A DNA stretch of 64,000 nucleotides from Terriglobia bacterium (GTDB lineage Bacteria > Acidobacteriota > Terriglobia > Terriglobales > Acidobacteriaceae): assembly GCA_963786325.1 (NCBI GenBank), contig CAWAYW010000019.1, positions 1,027-65,026 of the forward strand, in the 5' to 3' direction. Every line of letters starts with the position of its first letter. The stretch's first letter is position 1. The notes under the pieces were generated by a model, which saw only the letters and a list, made by a program, of their open reading frames with translations, did no database searches and was not told the DNA's origin. The position numbers and the translations under genes were made by a program. This document shows positions 20,261 through 30,600 of this stretch, in pieces.

Positions 20261-20615
20261 GATCAGCAGGCCTCCGACGATGAGAATTAAACAGAGCATG
20301 GGCAGAATCACTTCCTTCTAACATGCTTCTGTTAAATCTCATCCTGCTAATCGACGTGACTTTTTCAACATCTCTAACGACGTCGGTGTCGTCAAGTGTT
20401 TTTTTGATTCTTTCGAAGACACTCCTGTGTGATCGCAGAGTAGGGTCTCCCACCGATGTCCTCAGTTTCGATAATTTTCTCCATACCCAACCAAACGGCT
20501 CGGCCTTATTTCGTCACGTCGGTGGAGTTGGCCCACCAGACATCTCTCCGATCACCCTGGACCATGATGACTTATTCGAACTCCCCCCCTTCGGGGAGGC
20601 AGGCGGCCTATTCAC

Positions 20616-21698
20616 TCACCCGGTCACTGCGCTGGCAGGACCACTGTTGAAATCAGGCATACCTGCATGGGCTTCCCCGCTCTGCCGCAGCTTTCCGCGG
20701 CGACAGAACTCTTCATAATCAATCTGGTCGCGCATCATGATCCACAGCCGGATACCCAGTTTGCGTGCCGCCGCGATCCTGGCCTTGCCCATGCCTTTCT
20801 GGATGAGCTTGCGCCGATAGAAGCGTTTCAGCTCGGGATCTTTCGCGGCCGCATGCATCACTGCTTCGGTCCACAGGTAGCGCAGCAGCGCGTTGCCTTG
20901 CTTGCTCAGTTTTCCTAGCCGCTGCCGCTTTCCACTGCTGTGCTCGCACGGGATCATCCCGATGTAGCTCGCGACCTGGTTGCCAGTGGCAAACCGGTGC
21001 GCGTCTCCCAGGAACACGTCGGTGGCCAAGGCCGTGATCGGTCCCACTCCTGGATGGGTGAGCAGCCGCAACGCCTGGGGTCGCCGCTTGGCTTCTTCTT
21101 CCACCTGCCGATCTAGCTCCTTGATCCGCTTCTGCAACTGCACGTACAGCTGCAGAAGTTCGTCCCGCCTTTGACGGGTGTAGCGAGACAGAGCCAAGGC
21201 CTGGAGTGCTTTTTGCCCAGCTGGACTCCACAGAGCATGCCCATGGCGCAATGCGTGATTGAGTGCGATCGCCTGCAGCGTGTTCTGCACTCGCGTTCGC
21301 ACCTTCACCCACTGATGCCGGTCCCGCAGCAACGTTCGTAGGTCCCGCTGCTCGCTCGAGGGCATCCAGATGGTCGGGAAGCGATCTTCCATGAGCAGCT
21401 CTAACTCCAGCCGCGCATCCCGCCGATCGTGTTTCTGCTTCCGTGTTTCTTTGGCCCGAATCTTCGCTGGATGTCCCACCTGGCACTCGATCCCCAGTTC
21501 TTCCAGCAATTGCAAAAACCACTGCATGGCTCCGGTGGCTTCGATACCCACCACCACCGGACCTTCTAAGGCAGCGTAAAACTCGCGCACCTTGTTCCCT
21601 TCGTGGGCTAGGGTCTTCTCGGTGAACTCGCCGGTCTCGGTGTCCACCATGGCAATCGTCTGTTGCTTCGCGTGTAGATCACAGCCTACAATTTTCAT
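20616..21698 (-). CDS. IS110-family transposase/recombinase (copy 1)
   Basis: 360 aa. The N-terminal DEDD domain (MKIVGCDLHAKQQ...VGIEATGAMQW) and the C-terminal Transposase_20-like part (LLTHPGVGPITALATDVFLGDAHRF...CEHSSGKRQRLGKLSKQGNALLR) are both present. Confidence 0.9.
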   Translation of the reverse strand: MKIVGCDLHAKQQTIAMVDTETGEFTEKTLAHEGNKVREFYAALEGPVVVGIEATGAMQWFLQLLEELGIECQVGHPAKIRAKETRKQKHDRRDARLELELLMEDRFPTIWMPSSEQRDLRTLLRDRHQWVKVRTRVQNTLQAIALNHALRHGHALWSPAGQKALQALALSRYTRQRRDELLQLYVQLQKRIKELDRQVEEEAKRRPQALRLLTHPGVGPITALATDVFLGDAHRFATGNQVASYIGMIPCEHSSGKRQRLGKLSKQGNALLRYLWTEAVMHAAAKDPELKRFYRRKLIQKGMGKARIAAARKLGIRLWIMMRDQIDYEEFCRRGKLRQSGEAHAGMPDFNSGPASAVTG

Positions 21699-21856
21699 CT
21701 CGGCCTCCTTCGTCCCGAGCTTTTTGGTTGGTTACCGCAAAGTCTACTCGGGTCGTCGCGGGGCCGACGTCGTTATGTCATCACCCACGCCTGTTAGCGT
21801 CAGTTGACATTAACTACCGAGTAGCCAGGCGGCCTTGCGGCCGCCCGGCCCTCTCA

Positions 21857-21890
21857 GAACTGGGCGTGAAGGTTTCCCTTCACCCAGCTC
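21857..21890 (-). ncRNA. Group II intron domain V
   Basis: The minus strand reads GAGCTGGGTGAAGG-GAAA-CCTTCACGCCCAGTTC. This is a 34-nt hairpin with a GAAA tetraloop and the AGC catalytic triad, 20 nt after the RT stop codon. Confidence 0.8.
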
Positions 21891-21909
21891 AAGCCCTTCG
21901 AACGCCTCT

Positions 21910-23613
21910 TTATAGGAGACGCGGTTTCGAAACGGAAAGACGTTGACGATGAACCCGGTCATGGCACTCGGGATGAAGTAGAACGCGGTTGGTAGCACCT
22001 GCCGAACCACCCATCACACGGGAGACGCAGTAATGGAGCCGCCAGCCTGTGATCCGGGTGATTTTTGTATGGCACAGCGTGCAGAGACCATGTTGTTCAT
22101 ACCAGAGATAGCGAAGAGTGCGGGTACCCCGAAACGTTTCCAGCATGTGAGCCCCTTCCCGTTCTTCGAAGTAGGTTTCATAGGTTGGATCGTACGGGTT
22201 AGCTTCGCCTTTGACCTTGACGTGCCGTTTGATGGGAGTGCTCTTGGCGTAGTACAGCCAGACTTTATTTGTCTGTCCTTCGTCATCGCAGGTTTCACCG
22301 AAGAAGGACCAGCCCCGATTCCCGCGCTGGGCAAAGTATTTCGGTTTGAACCAGCGCGGGCTTTTGTTTGGGTGCCTTCGTCGTGCCCATTTCCACAGAC
22401 TTGAGAAGATGGAGTGATCAACGCATCCGAACGTGCGTTTGCTCACCACGTGCCGATGATAGTTGGCCCAACCGCGAATCTTTGGGTTGAGTTGATCGAT
22501 CAAGTCGGCGGCAGACACGCCCTGTGCAGCTCTGATGGTTCGTCGGATGCCATCCAGGAAGGTTTTAATATTCTTCTTGGAAGGCTTGATGAGCAGTTTC
22601 CCGTTAGGATATCTGCGCACGTTTTGTCCGAGGAAATCAAAGCCGTGCTCCACGTGCGTAATGACGGTCTTCGTCGGAGAGAGTTCAAGACCTCGTTCTT
22701 GCAAAAAATGCTCGACCAGGGGCTTAATTTCTCCTTCCAGTAATTCTTTCGATTTACTGGTGATGACGAAGTCATCCGCGTATCGGACGAGATTGACACA
22801 CGGTTTTTCACCTCCGAGGGACTTGAGACGTTTTCCTGCTGGATATTTTTCCCGCAAGAGTCGTTCAAGTCCGTCCAGCGCACAGTTAGCGAGCGCAGGA
22901 GAGATAATTCCACCTTGTGGAGTCCCGTTCGTCGTATCGTGAAGGACGTGTTTTTCCATGTACCCAGATTTCAGCCACTTTTGGAGAATGACTCGGTCCA
23001 TCAGGACGTGAGCCAAAAGCCAATCGTGTGAAATTTTGTCGAAACAGGACTTGATGTCGCCCTCCAGAATCCACTGCGTGTTTGCGCTTCTCAGTGCTTT
23101 GAAACACTGTTCCATCGCATCGGCGCAGGACCGCTGCTGACGAAACCCATAGGAGTTTTTATCAGCAGTGGTTTCCACAACGGGCGCGAGTGCGAGCAGA
23201 TACAGTGCTTGCTGCGCTCGATCCTTCATCGTGGGAATTCCGAGCGGGCGCATCATTTTGCCGTCCGACTTTGGGATGTAAACACGTCGCAGGGGCTGAG
23301 ACTGATAACCCCTACGCTTTAGTGCATGTACTGCCTGTGTTTTCTTCTCTGGTGTGTCCCAAATTTCTTGGTCCACCCCGGGGGTTTTCTTGCCATTGTT
23401 TTCCGTCACTCGTCGAACGGCGAGAACTTTGCCGCTATACGAGTGGGTCAGCAAACGTTGCAGGGCTCGCACCCTGCCCCATCTGCTTTCCTTCGTTGCC
23501 TGCACGATACGCACTTGGAGTCGGCGAACGTTGCGGTTGGTGGCCCGCCAATCGATGGCGTACCATTCCGCCGCTTCGCGTGAGACCGCACCAACAGCTT
23601 GCGCTGTCGTCAT
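21910..23613 (-). CDS. Group II intron reverse transcriptase/maturase with a C-terminal HNH endonuclease domain
   Basis: 567 aa with RT motifs (RPLGIPTMKDRAQQ, TPQGGIISPALAN, VRYADDFVI), a maturase X region (RGWANYHRHV) and Cys/His HNH-like motifs (CTLCH...HPECH). Confidence 0.9.
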   Translation of the reverse strand: MTTAQAVGAVSREAAEWYAIDWRATNRNVRRLQVRIVQATKESRWGRVRALQRLLTHSYSGKVLAVRRVTENNGKKTPGVDQEIWDTPEKKTQAVHALKRRGYQSQPLRRVYIPKSDGKMMRPLGIPTMKDRAQQALYLLALAPVVETTADKNSYGFRQQRSCADAMEQCFKALRSANTQWILEGDIKSCFDKISHDWLLAHVLMDRVILQKWLKSGYMEKHVLHDTTNGTPQGGIISPALANCALDGLERLLREKYPAGKRLKSLGGEKPCVNLVRYADDFVITSKSKELLEGEIKPLVEHFLQERGLELSPTKTVITHVEHGFDFLGQNVRRYPNGKLLIKPSKKNIKTFLDGIRRTIRAAQGVSAADLIDQLNPKIRGWANYHRHVVSKRTFGCVDHSIFSSLWKWARRRHPNKSPRWFKPKYFAQRGNRGWSFFGETCDDEGQTNKVWLYYAKSTPIKRHVKVKGEANPYDPTYETYFEEREGAHMLETFRGTRTLRYLWYEQHGLCTLCHTKITRITGWRLHYCVSRVMGGSAGATNRVLLHPECHDRVHRQRLSVSKPRLL

Positions 23614-24333
23614 CTGCTTTGCCTAATGAGCCGATTAGTCAAGTTCTCTCGTGTGAAGCACCATAAAGGGAAGTCTGCCCGCTTTCGCGTCCGGTGATGT
23701 TGTCAGTGTGACTAACGCAACCGATATCCGCTCCATTACAGAGTGGCATTCGCTTTCTCCCTCATCTGTTATCCCCACCGCCATCGGTCCATCTTGCGAT
23801 GCACTTTCCCCTTGGGGGGAGCGATGTGGATTTACCCTGTTCCGTGGGAATGACACGATAGGTTAGGTCTGTTCTATACGCCGGCAGTGTTGTTTACCCA
23901 TGACCGAGAACCCGGAAGCCTCGGTACTCACTGCAAGAAGAGCCGCGCAGCATTTTAGGCTCTTTCGGGCTAACGACGCTTACGAACATTTGTGTATTCT
24001 GACCCTGCTACCAAGCCTAGCCCCTCTCCACCTTATGCTGGCAGATACACCGTGGCCTCACGGTTTCGGTGCCACTCTTACGAATGTGGGTCCATTGTCC
24101 GAGGGCTTCGAACGGTCTGTTGCCTCGCCGCTCCAACCTCGTAGGCTATGTGCGATGGGACGCACGGTCTGATCGATTTCCTCCTTGTCAGACAATCATT
24201 CCAACAGCTTTCAGGTCGCAATCCGGTTATGCCCGTTAACCGGGCACAATGGCAGATATGACAGGGCCAGGCCAAATCTACGGTCAGCCACTAAGGTGAT
24301 GCCGAAAAGCAGTGATTTCCGCGTGGGTGAGGG

Positions 24334-26751
24334 CTATGTTGGAAGGCCGATGCGGCGCACCAGATCCTGGAAGCGCGGATCACTCCTCAGAGGATCGAGC
24401 CGCGGCTCCCACTTGCTGTACACGAGCCAGGTGGAGCGTTCAGTCACCGCCTTTGCCATCCACGCGAAGGCTGTGTCTTTCTCTCCCAGTGCAGCGTAGA
24501 TGAGTGCGATGTCAAAAGGCGAAACATAGGACTGCCTGGCTCGCTCCAGAAGGCCTTGCAAGACCTGCTCCGCCTCGCTCCGCCTGCCAGCCAGCGCATA
24601 AGCATGCGCGAGTCCCGCAAGATAGAAGGGGCTGAACAGGGGGCTGTCTTTGTTAGTTAACTCAACTGCTTTCTTAAATTCCGCAATTGCTTGCTCATGC
24701 ATGCCTTTTTGTTCGTAGTCCCAACCAAGGATGGCCATTTCCCAGGTATCGTCGGGCACCCTTTCTAGGAGGTTGCGCGCCATTTGGATGGAGTTGTCGT
24801 ATTGCCGGGCGGCGAAACTATGCCAGCAAAGGCAGTCGGTGAGACCGTCATTGACAGGGTCCAGGTCGAGTGCAAGCTTGCTTTCGGCGGCGGATTCAGC
24901 CATGCGGCCCATCGCCATAAGATAGTGAGCATACCCGTGGCGGATGTCGGCGCCGCTGGGATTCAACTCCAGAGCCCGTTTGAATTCGCGCTCTGCTCCA
25001 GGAAAGTCCCAATCGTAATGCAATTTCGCCGATGCCAGGGCCGCGTGACCTTCTGGCAGTTGATCATCTTTCTCGATCGCTAGCATCGCTAGTTCCTTTA
25101 CTTTTCCCCAGGCCTGACTTGGCGGAATTGCACTAAAAAAGCCGAGAAAGAAGTAAGCGTCGGCCATGTGGGCATAGGCCGGCGCATAGTTCGGGTCGAG
25201 TTTAATGGCCTGGTTGTAATAATCAATGCTCTTCTGCAATTCGAACTGATCCAGATAGTAGTTCGCCTTCAAATAAGTTTCATAAGCTTCGGGGCTTATC
25301 GTTTGTGCCGTGGGAAGCGGGTGCGGCTGCGGACCACCCAGCTTGCTCTGAATCTGTTTAGCGATTGCAGAGGCGACGTCATCCTCCAGGGCGAGAATGT
25401 CACGAAAATCCCGTTCGTAGGTTTCGGCCCAAAGATGTTTGTCCGTCGCTGCACGGATCAGTTGTGCGGTAACTCGCACACGATTGCCGGAGCGCTGCAC
25501 CGAACCTTCAACAATTGCGTCCGCGTGCAGTTCGCGAGCGATGTCCGGCAACGTTTTTTTCGCGTCTTTGTACTGCATCGTCGAACTACGCGAGATCACT
25601 TGCACACTTTGCATTCGCGCCAAATCAGTGGTCAGCGCCTCAGTCATGCCGTCGGCAAAGTAATCCTGTCCGGCGTCACCGGAAATATTCACCAAGGGCA
25701 GCACAGCCAGCGACTCAATATGGCCGATACCAGCTATGCGCTGAAGCAGGTGATCTCGCAACCCGCCCAAGTTAAACCCGGCGAGCACTGCGAAGAGCAC
25801 CGCGGTCCCGATTCCCATAAGTGGCCAGAGCTGAGGCAGTGCCCTCTGGCGAGAGACCGCCCGCCCGGAGGTTCTGTCCCGCTTGAGCCGCTCCAGATCG
25901 GCGCGGAAATCCTCCGCATTCTGGTAGCGCACCTTACGGTCCTTCTCCAGCGCCTTGCTGATGATCCGCTCGACTTCGGCTGGCAGGGAGGGATTCATGC
26001 GCACAGGCGATGTTGGCGTGCCATGGAGGATCGCGTCTGTGACAACGCCCGATGTCGCACCAGAGAACGCCTGAATGCCGGTCGCCATCTCGTACAGAAC
26101 GGCGCCGAGAGAGAAAATATCCGTACGTACGTCCAGCTCTTCGCCCCGTACTTGTTCCGGCGACATGTACATCAGGGTGCCAAACACCGCGCCCGGTGAG
26201 CTCACCGAATCTTCAACGCTGGCTGTTGGGGCTGAAGAACCGGCCACACTGGCAGGCCGCTGGTGCATCAGCTTCGCCAGTCCGAAATCCAGAACCTTGG
26301 CCTGTTCCCGTTGGGTAACGAAAATGTTAGCCGACTTGATGTCGCGGTGGATGATCCCCTGTTTGTGCGCTGCGTCTAGCGCGTCAGAAACCTGGATCCC
26401 CAAATCCAGAACGCTTTCGATCCCCAGCGGCTTGCCGTTGATGAAATGCCGGAGCGTCTGTCCCTCCAGAAGCTCCATCGCTATGAAGCCGCGTCCATCC
26501 GCCTCATCGATTTCGTAGATCGTACAAATGTTTGTGTGGTTCAGGGCAGACGCAGCGCGGGCCTCTCGCCGAAATCTAGCCAGCGCCTGCGCGTCGTTGG
26601 CGACTTCTTCCGGTAGAAACTTCAGGGCAACGTGGCGACCTAATTTGAGGTCTTCCGCCTCGTAGACAACACCCATGCCTCCGCCACCGATCTTGCGGAC
26701 TATGCGGTAATGGGAAACTGTCCGCCCCACGAGTTGGGAGGGCGTGGCCAC
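24334..26751 (-). CDS. Ser/Thr protein kinase with TM segment, TolB-like periplasmic domain and TPR repeats
   Basis: 805 aa with [25 protein letters not shown] and [13 protein letters not shown] segment follows, then [30 protein letters not shown] and a TPR-rich C-terminus. Confidence 0.85.
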   Translation of the reverse strand: MATPSQLVGRTVSHYRIVRKIGGGGMGVVYEAEDLKLGRHVALKFLPEEVANDAQALARFRREARAASALNHTNICTIYEIDEADGRGFIAMELLEGQTLRHFINGKPLGIESVLDLGIQVSDALDAAHKQGIIHRDIKSANIFVTQREQAKVLDFGLAKLMHQRPASVAGSSAPTASVEDSVSSPGAVFGTLMYMSPEQVRGEELDVRTDIFSLGAVLYEMATGIQAFSGATSGVVTDAILHGTPTSPVRMNPSLPAEVERIISKALEKDRKVRYQNAEDFRADLERLKRDRTSGRAVSRQRALPQLWPLMGIGTAVLFAVLAGFNLGGLRDHLLQRIAGIGHIESLAVLPLVNISGDAGQDYFADGMTEALTTDLARMQSVQVISRSSTMQYKDAKKTLPDIARELHADAIVEGSVQRSGNRVRVTAQLIRAATDKHLWAETYERDFRDILALEDDVASAIAKQIQSKLGGPQPHPLPTAQTISPEAYETYLKANYYLDQFELQKSIDYYNQAIKLDPNYAPAYAHMADAYFFLGFFSAIPPSQAWGKVKELAMLAIEKDDQLPEGHAALASAKLHYDWDFPGAEREFKRALELNPSGADIRHGYAHYLMAMGRMAESAAESKLALDLDPVNDGLTDCLCWHSFAARQYDNSIQMARNLLERVPDDTWEMAILGWDYEQKGMHEQAIAEFKKAVELTNKDSPLFSPFYLAGLAHAYALAGRRSEAEQVLQGLLERARQSYVSPFDIALIYAALGEKDTAFAWMAKAVTERSTWLVYSKWEPRLDPLRSDPRFQDLVRRIGLPT

Positions 26752-27233
26752 TGTCGCAAATGGTAGGCGTGCTCTGGAGTCGGGTCAATGGCTAAGTAGC
26801 CCACCTTGGCTAGGAGCTTTGCGCCATGGCCATATACCGGTCCGGCATGGGACGGGTTCCGGACGTATTGTCGGCAGATGTGGTGTTCACCCGGCTCGAT
26901 TGGCACGAAGAAATACCTTCCACCGTCGACAGCACCCTCCCACGTTTCGTCAAATCCGAAAACGCTGGTGAGGTGGCCGTCCGCGACAAAATAGATTAGC
27001 GCATTGCCATCTTCCGGCGTGGGTGCCGGATGTTGCGATTCGTCGGTCTTCACTTCATATTTCTCGTTCTGCGGTCCACAGCCTACTTCCGCTCGGGATA
27101 TCGCCCTCTTTATCTTGGGCAAGCACACAGCAACAACCCTGGTCATTAGCTTGTTCCAAAGCGGGGGAGGGAGCATTTTGCCGTCGCCGTACACTACCCC
27201 CCTCTCGTTTGACGGGAAGAGAGAAAGAAGCAT
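26700..27233 (-). CDS. Hypothetical DUF2846-like protein
   Basis: LIYFVADGH...[18 protein letters not shown] resembles the DUF2846 pattern. The start codon is uncertain, and the ORF overlaps the kinase start by about 50 nt. Confidence 0.4.
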   Translation of the reverse strand: MLLSLFPSNERGVVYGDGKMLPPPLWNKLMTRVVAVCLPKIKRAISRAEVGCGPQNEKYEVKTDESQHPAPTPEDGNALIYFVADGHLTSVFGFDETWEGAVDGGRYFFVPIEPGEHHICRQYVRNPSHAGPVYGHGAKLLAKVGYLAIDPTPEHAYHLRQWPRPPNSWGGQFPITA

Positions 27234-27259
27234 GCTCAGAGCGCTTGACGAACTAGTAA

Positions 27260-27640
27260 ATAGAAAAGAAGAAGAAGAAGAGAGACGTTGAAGTTGCTGT
27301 TGCTGTTGGGCTGGCCTTTGACGCGCGCGCGCTCGCTTCGCTCGCGCTTTGGAGTTGTGCTGAGTTGGTCAAAAAACAAAAAAAAACAAGATGCTGGAGT
27401 GGATCTGCAAAGTAACGCGACGCGCTGGTTTGGAGTGGAGTAGAGTTGGAGCTGACGTTGAGTTGAGTTGAGCTGAGCCTGACCTTCAGGTCAGAGCGCC
27501 CGCCTGCATTCAAAAGGAAGGGGTCTCAGAGCGACGCACGTGAAAGTGAAGGTGAACGTGTAAGTGAGTGCGCTAAAATTTGTCGGGCGCAGGGCGCGGG
27601 GGCGCGGAGTGGGAGGTGGGGCGTTGTGCCGATATCGCAC
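27260..27640. repeat. Strand-asymmetric low-complexity intergenic tract (microsatellites, A-tract, palindrome, G-runs)
   Basis: (GAA)n lies at ~27266-27284, GTTGCT x2 at ~27294, a CG/CT-rich run at 27320-27347 and A6CA9C at 27371-27388. GAGTTG repeats lie at 27459-27476, the palindrome CTGACCT-TC-AGGTCAG at 27479-27494, GTGAA-type repeats at 27540-27570 and G-runs at 27585-27621. Confidence 0.7.
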
Positions 27641-27689
27641 ACGATTGCAATCCAGAATGAACGCAACCAACGAAGAGAATTCTATCCAT

Positions 27690-30600
27690 TTAGAATGTGT
27701 ACTTCAGTGCTAGCTGTCCCACCCGAGGGTTCACGGACGTGCTACTAATCACGCCGAAAGTAGAAGAGCTGAAATTCGTATCGGGGTTCGCGAACTGTGG
27801 GTGATTCAGCGCGTTGAAAAACTCGGCGCGAAACTGGATGCTGCTGCTTTCGTGAACAACAATGCTTTTCGAGAATGCGATATCGATGTTTGCTTGTCCC
27901 GGCCCATCTACGATTCCCGTGCTGCTGTTCCCAAATGCGGTTCCGATACCATCCGCGCCAATGATGGGTGGACTGATAAAACAGGGCGCGTTGAAATAAC
28001 TATTCAATTTTGACTGGATCGATCCTCCTCTTACCAACTGGCTGTTCGAGCACGCACCGCTCAATTGTGCGCGGTCTTGACTGATTCCGAAGACATTCGT
28101 GGCATTTGTGTCGGCGATGGTAAGGGCAGTGCCAGACTGTATGGTCATGATTGCAGCTCCAGTCCAGTTGCCCAGTAACGCTCGGGCGAGGCCGTGATTT
28201 GGGCTTGGTACTGTCCACGTCGCGCTGAAAACAAAGCGATGCGCTCGGTCGAAGCTTGCTCTTCCCCAACGTTGCCGGGAAGAATTCTGATCTCCCAATG
28301 TCAGCGAGTTTCCCGTTGATATTGCATTCACGTCTGCACCATCAGAATCGAGGATCTTGGAGAAGGTATACGCGGCCAGAAGTTGCAGGCCGTGGCCCAG
28401 GCGCTTTGTGAGACTGGTTTCGAGCCCGTTATACCAGGAGTTGCCCTCCGATTCCTGTTCACGAAGAGAATCCGGAAGTATTCCAGGAATGGGTACTCGC
28501 GATCGAATATTCGCAAGCGTATTCGACGTCATTCCATTGATCGGATTGTCGGCAGATGCGGATAGCGCCTGGTTTAGCGAACGCACGCGTTGCAGGTGGG
28601 TGGCCCGCGTGCCGACGTATCCGGTCTCCAACAACCAACCCTTATGCAATTCTGACTGGAGATTTAACGAAAACTGCTGAGCGATTGCCGGCCGAAAGTT
28701 GGGCGCTATAACGCTGACTCCTACCGCCGAAGTCGGGGAATACGGTACGAACAAAGGGAAAGAAGCGGGAGTGGGAAAGGGCTGGGCGAACGGCGCTTGA
28801 AATGTTGCAGCCGCGTTCGAAACGCCAGAGGTACGTCGAGGCGATGCAAACGGCGCTCCGACTACCGATTGACTGGCCGTCTGGCCAGTCGGGCGCGAAT
28901 AATAGATGCCGTAGCCTCCCCTTACGACCAGCCGACTTGTGCCTGGCGATATCTGCAAGGCAAAACCGATTCGAGGTGCGATAGCATTTTGCCCTTCTCC
29001 ATAAGTCCCAAATGTGTTGTTGACCCGCGTGACTCCCGGAGGTACAGTGCCCGGAAAATTAGAAGGAACGATGTAGCCATCGAGAGTTCCGCCGGGTGGT
29101 GGATTTCGATTGGCCTTGCTGACATCGAAGCTCGAATTACGACCCAGCTCGTCACCGAACTGCCCGATCCGGTCAAAGCGCAGTCCGGCATTCACAGTGA
29201 AGGTCCGGCTGGCGCGAAAATCATCCTGCACGAAACCCGAGCCTTCCCAAACTCGGAATTCGCGATCAAATAAACCGAAATTATCTGAAGAACTAAAGAC
29301 ACTGCTGAAAGTTCCCGTGCCGTTCGCGCTTGCATTCAGACCGAGTAAGAAATCCGGCCAACTAAGAAACTGCAGAAATGATCCAAAGCCTGCGAAGCCG
29401 AGATTGTCCTGCAATCGGGTGAGCGATCCTCCGAATTTCACGGAATGCGCTCCCTTGAAAAAGCTAAAAGTGTCGCCGAGCACAAAGCTGTTCTGTGTAT
29501 CAGTTCGAGGAATCACGCTCCCCATGGCTACCGAACCGAGAATACCCAAGCTCGGCAGTTCGTTATTTCGATTCATTTCGCTCTCCAACACTCCGACATC
29601 CGACCATTTGAAAGGAGCGTCGGCGCCCATTTTGGTTTTTGTGCGAACGAAACCGATTCGGGCTTCGTTCAATAAGAAGTTGCTCAGGACGTAGGTGTGA
29701 GCCAGCGAGAAAACGACAAAATCGGAATTGCCTGGGCTGGTGAATCCTCGAATGTTTCCTGATGGATTGAATAAGGCAGGAAAAGTGACTGACTGATTGT
29801 TTTTTGCAATAAAGAATCGTCCTGCGAGTCGACTCTTCTGGGAAATGTTCGAGTCGAGACTCGCTGAGCCCTGGTGTTCCGCATAATCACACGGTTGGGT
29901 AAAGGTTGAAAACCCGCGGCTGGCAAACGGCTTTGTGGAATCCAGTGTTTGTGGCGTGGGAATCAAAAAACTTCCATCCGGCAGTTTAAACTTCAAGAGC
30001 GACAGTGCCACCGGATTGATATTGGAACCGTCCGGCAGAACAGCAACACCTCCCTGCGCACCCTTCATACCACCGAAAAGCCTCCCGAGAGCGGCAGGGG
30101 ATCGGTCATCAGTGATAGGCGGTTCGCTTAAGCTCGCGTTGCAAGCTATCCTCGTCTGCCCTGCAGCAAGGCCGTTAATCTGCCGTGTCTCCTGGTACGA
30201 GGTGTAGAAAAACACCTTGTTCTTTTTTAATGGTCCGCCGATGGAGGCTCCAAATTGGTTCTGCTTGAGCTCCGGACGCGGCCGGCTGGTCCGGTTCAAA
30301 AAGAAATCGTTGGCATTCAGGAAATCGTTACGCAGGAATTCGAAAACCGTGCCGTGGAAATTGTTGCTGCCCGTCTTGGTAATCACGCTGACATTGGCAC
30401 CTACCCCACGACCAAATGCTGCGTCGTAGAGACCGGTTTGAACCTTGAACTCTTCCAGGCTGTCGGGGTTCGGAATTGGGATTCCCCCGCTTATTGCGCC
30501 CGAGCCTTGAACATCGCTGACACTAATGCCATCGAGTTGCCAATTGTTGTCATAAGAGCGGGCTCCGTGGACGTAAATCCCGTCCGTTGACTTTCCCAAT

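Larger units (their letters stand above)
21815..24165 (-). mobile_element. Group II intron (RT/maturase/HNH ORF plus ribozyme domains)
   Basis: On the minus strand the 5' end reads GTGCG at 24165. Domain V lies at 21857-21890. A domain VI hairpin with a bulged A at ~21822 follows. The RT ORF sits in domain IV. The 3' end is approximate (+/-10 nt). Confidence 0.75.

Noticed and set aside
20719-21522. 267-aa alternative-frame ORF within the IS110 gene
   Set aside because: It is on the same strand as the clearly homologous IS110 transposase but in a different frame. It has Ala/Arg/Gly-rich composition and no independent support.
25168-26199. 343-aa plus-strand ORF (and several shorter ones) inside the kinase gene
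   Set aside because: It is entirely antisense to a well-supported Ser/Thr kinase/TPR CDS. Its sequence is Arg/Gly-rich and low in information, as expected for shadow ORFs in GC-rich DNA.
27253-27640. CRISPR array or coding gene in the repetitive spacer
   Set aside because: The repeats are 3-6-nt microsatellite-like words, not 25-40-nt repeats separated by unique spacers. The only ORF translates to low-complexity sequence.
28797-29694. 158-aa and 194-aa plus-strand ORFs (and similar ones at 59088-60011 and 61005-62081 on the minus strand) within the TonB-dependent receptor genes
   Set aside because: They are antisense to long, well-supported receptor CDSs and have no motifs.
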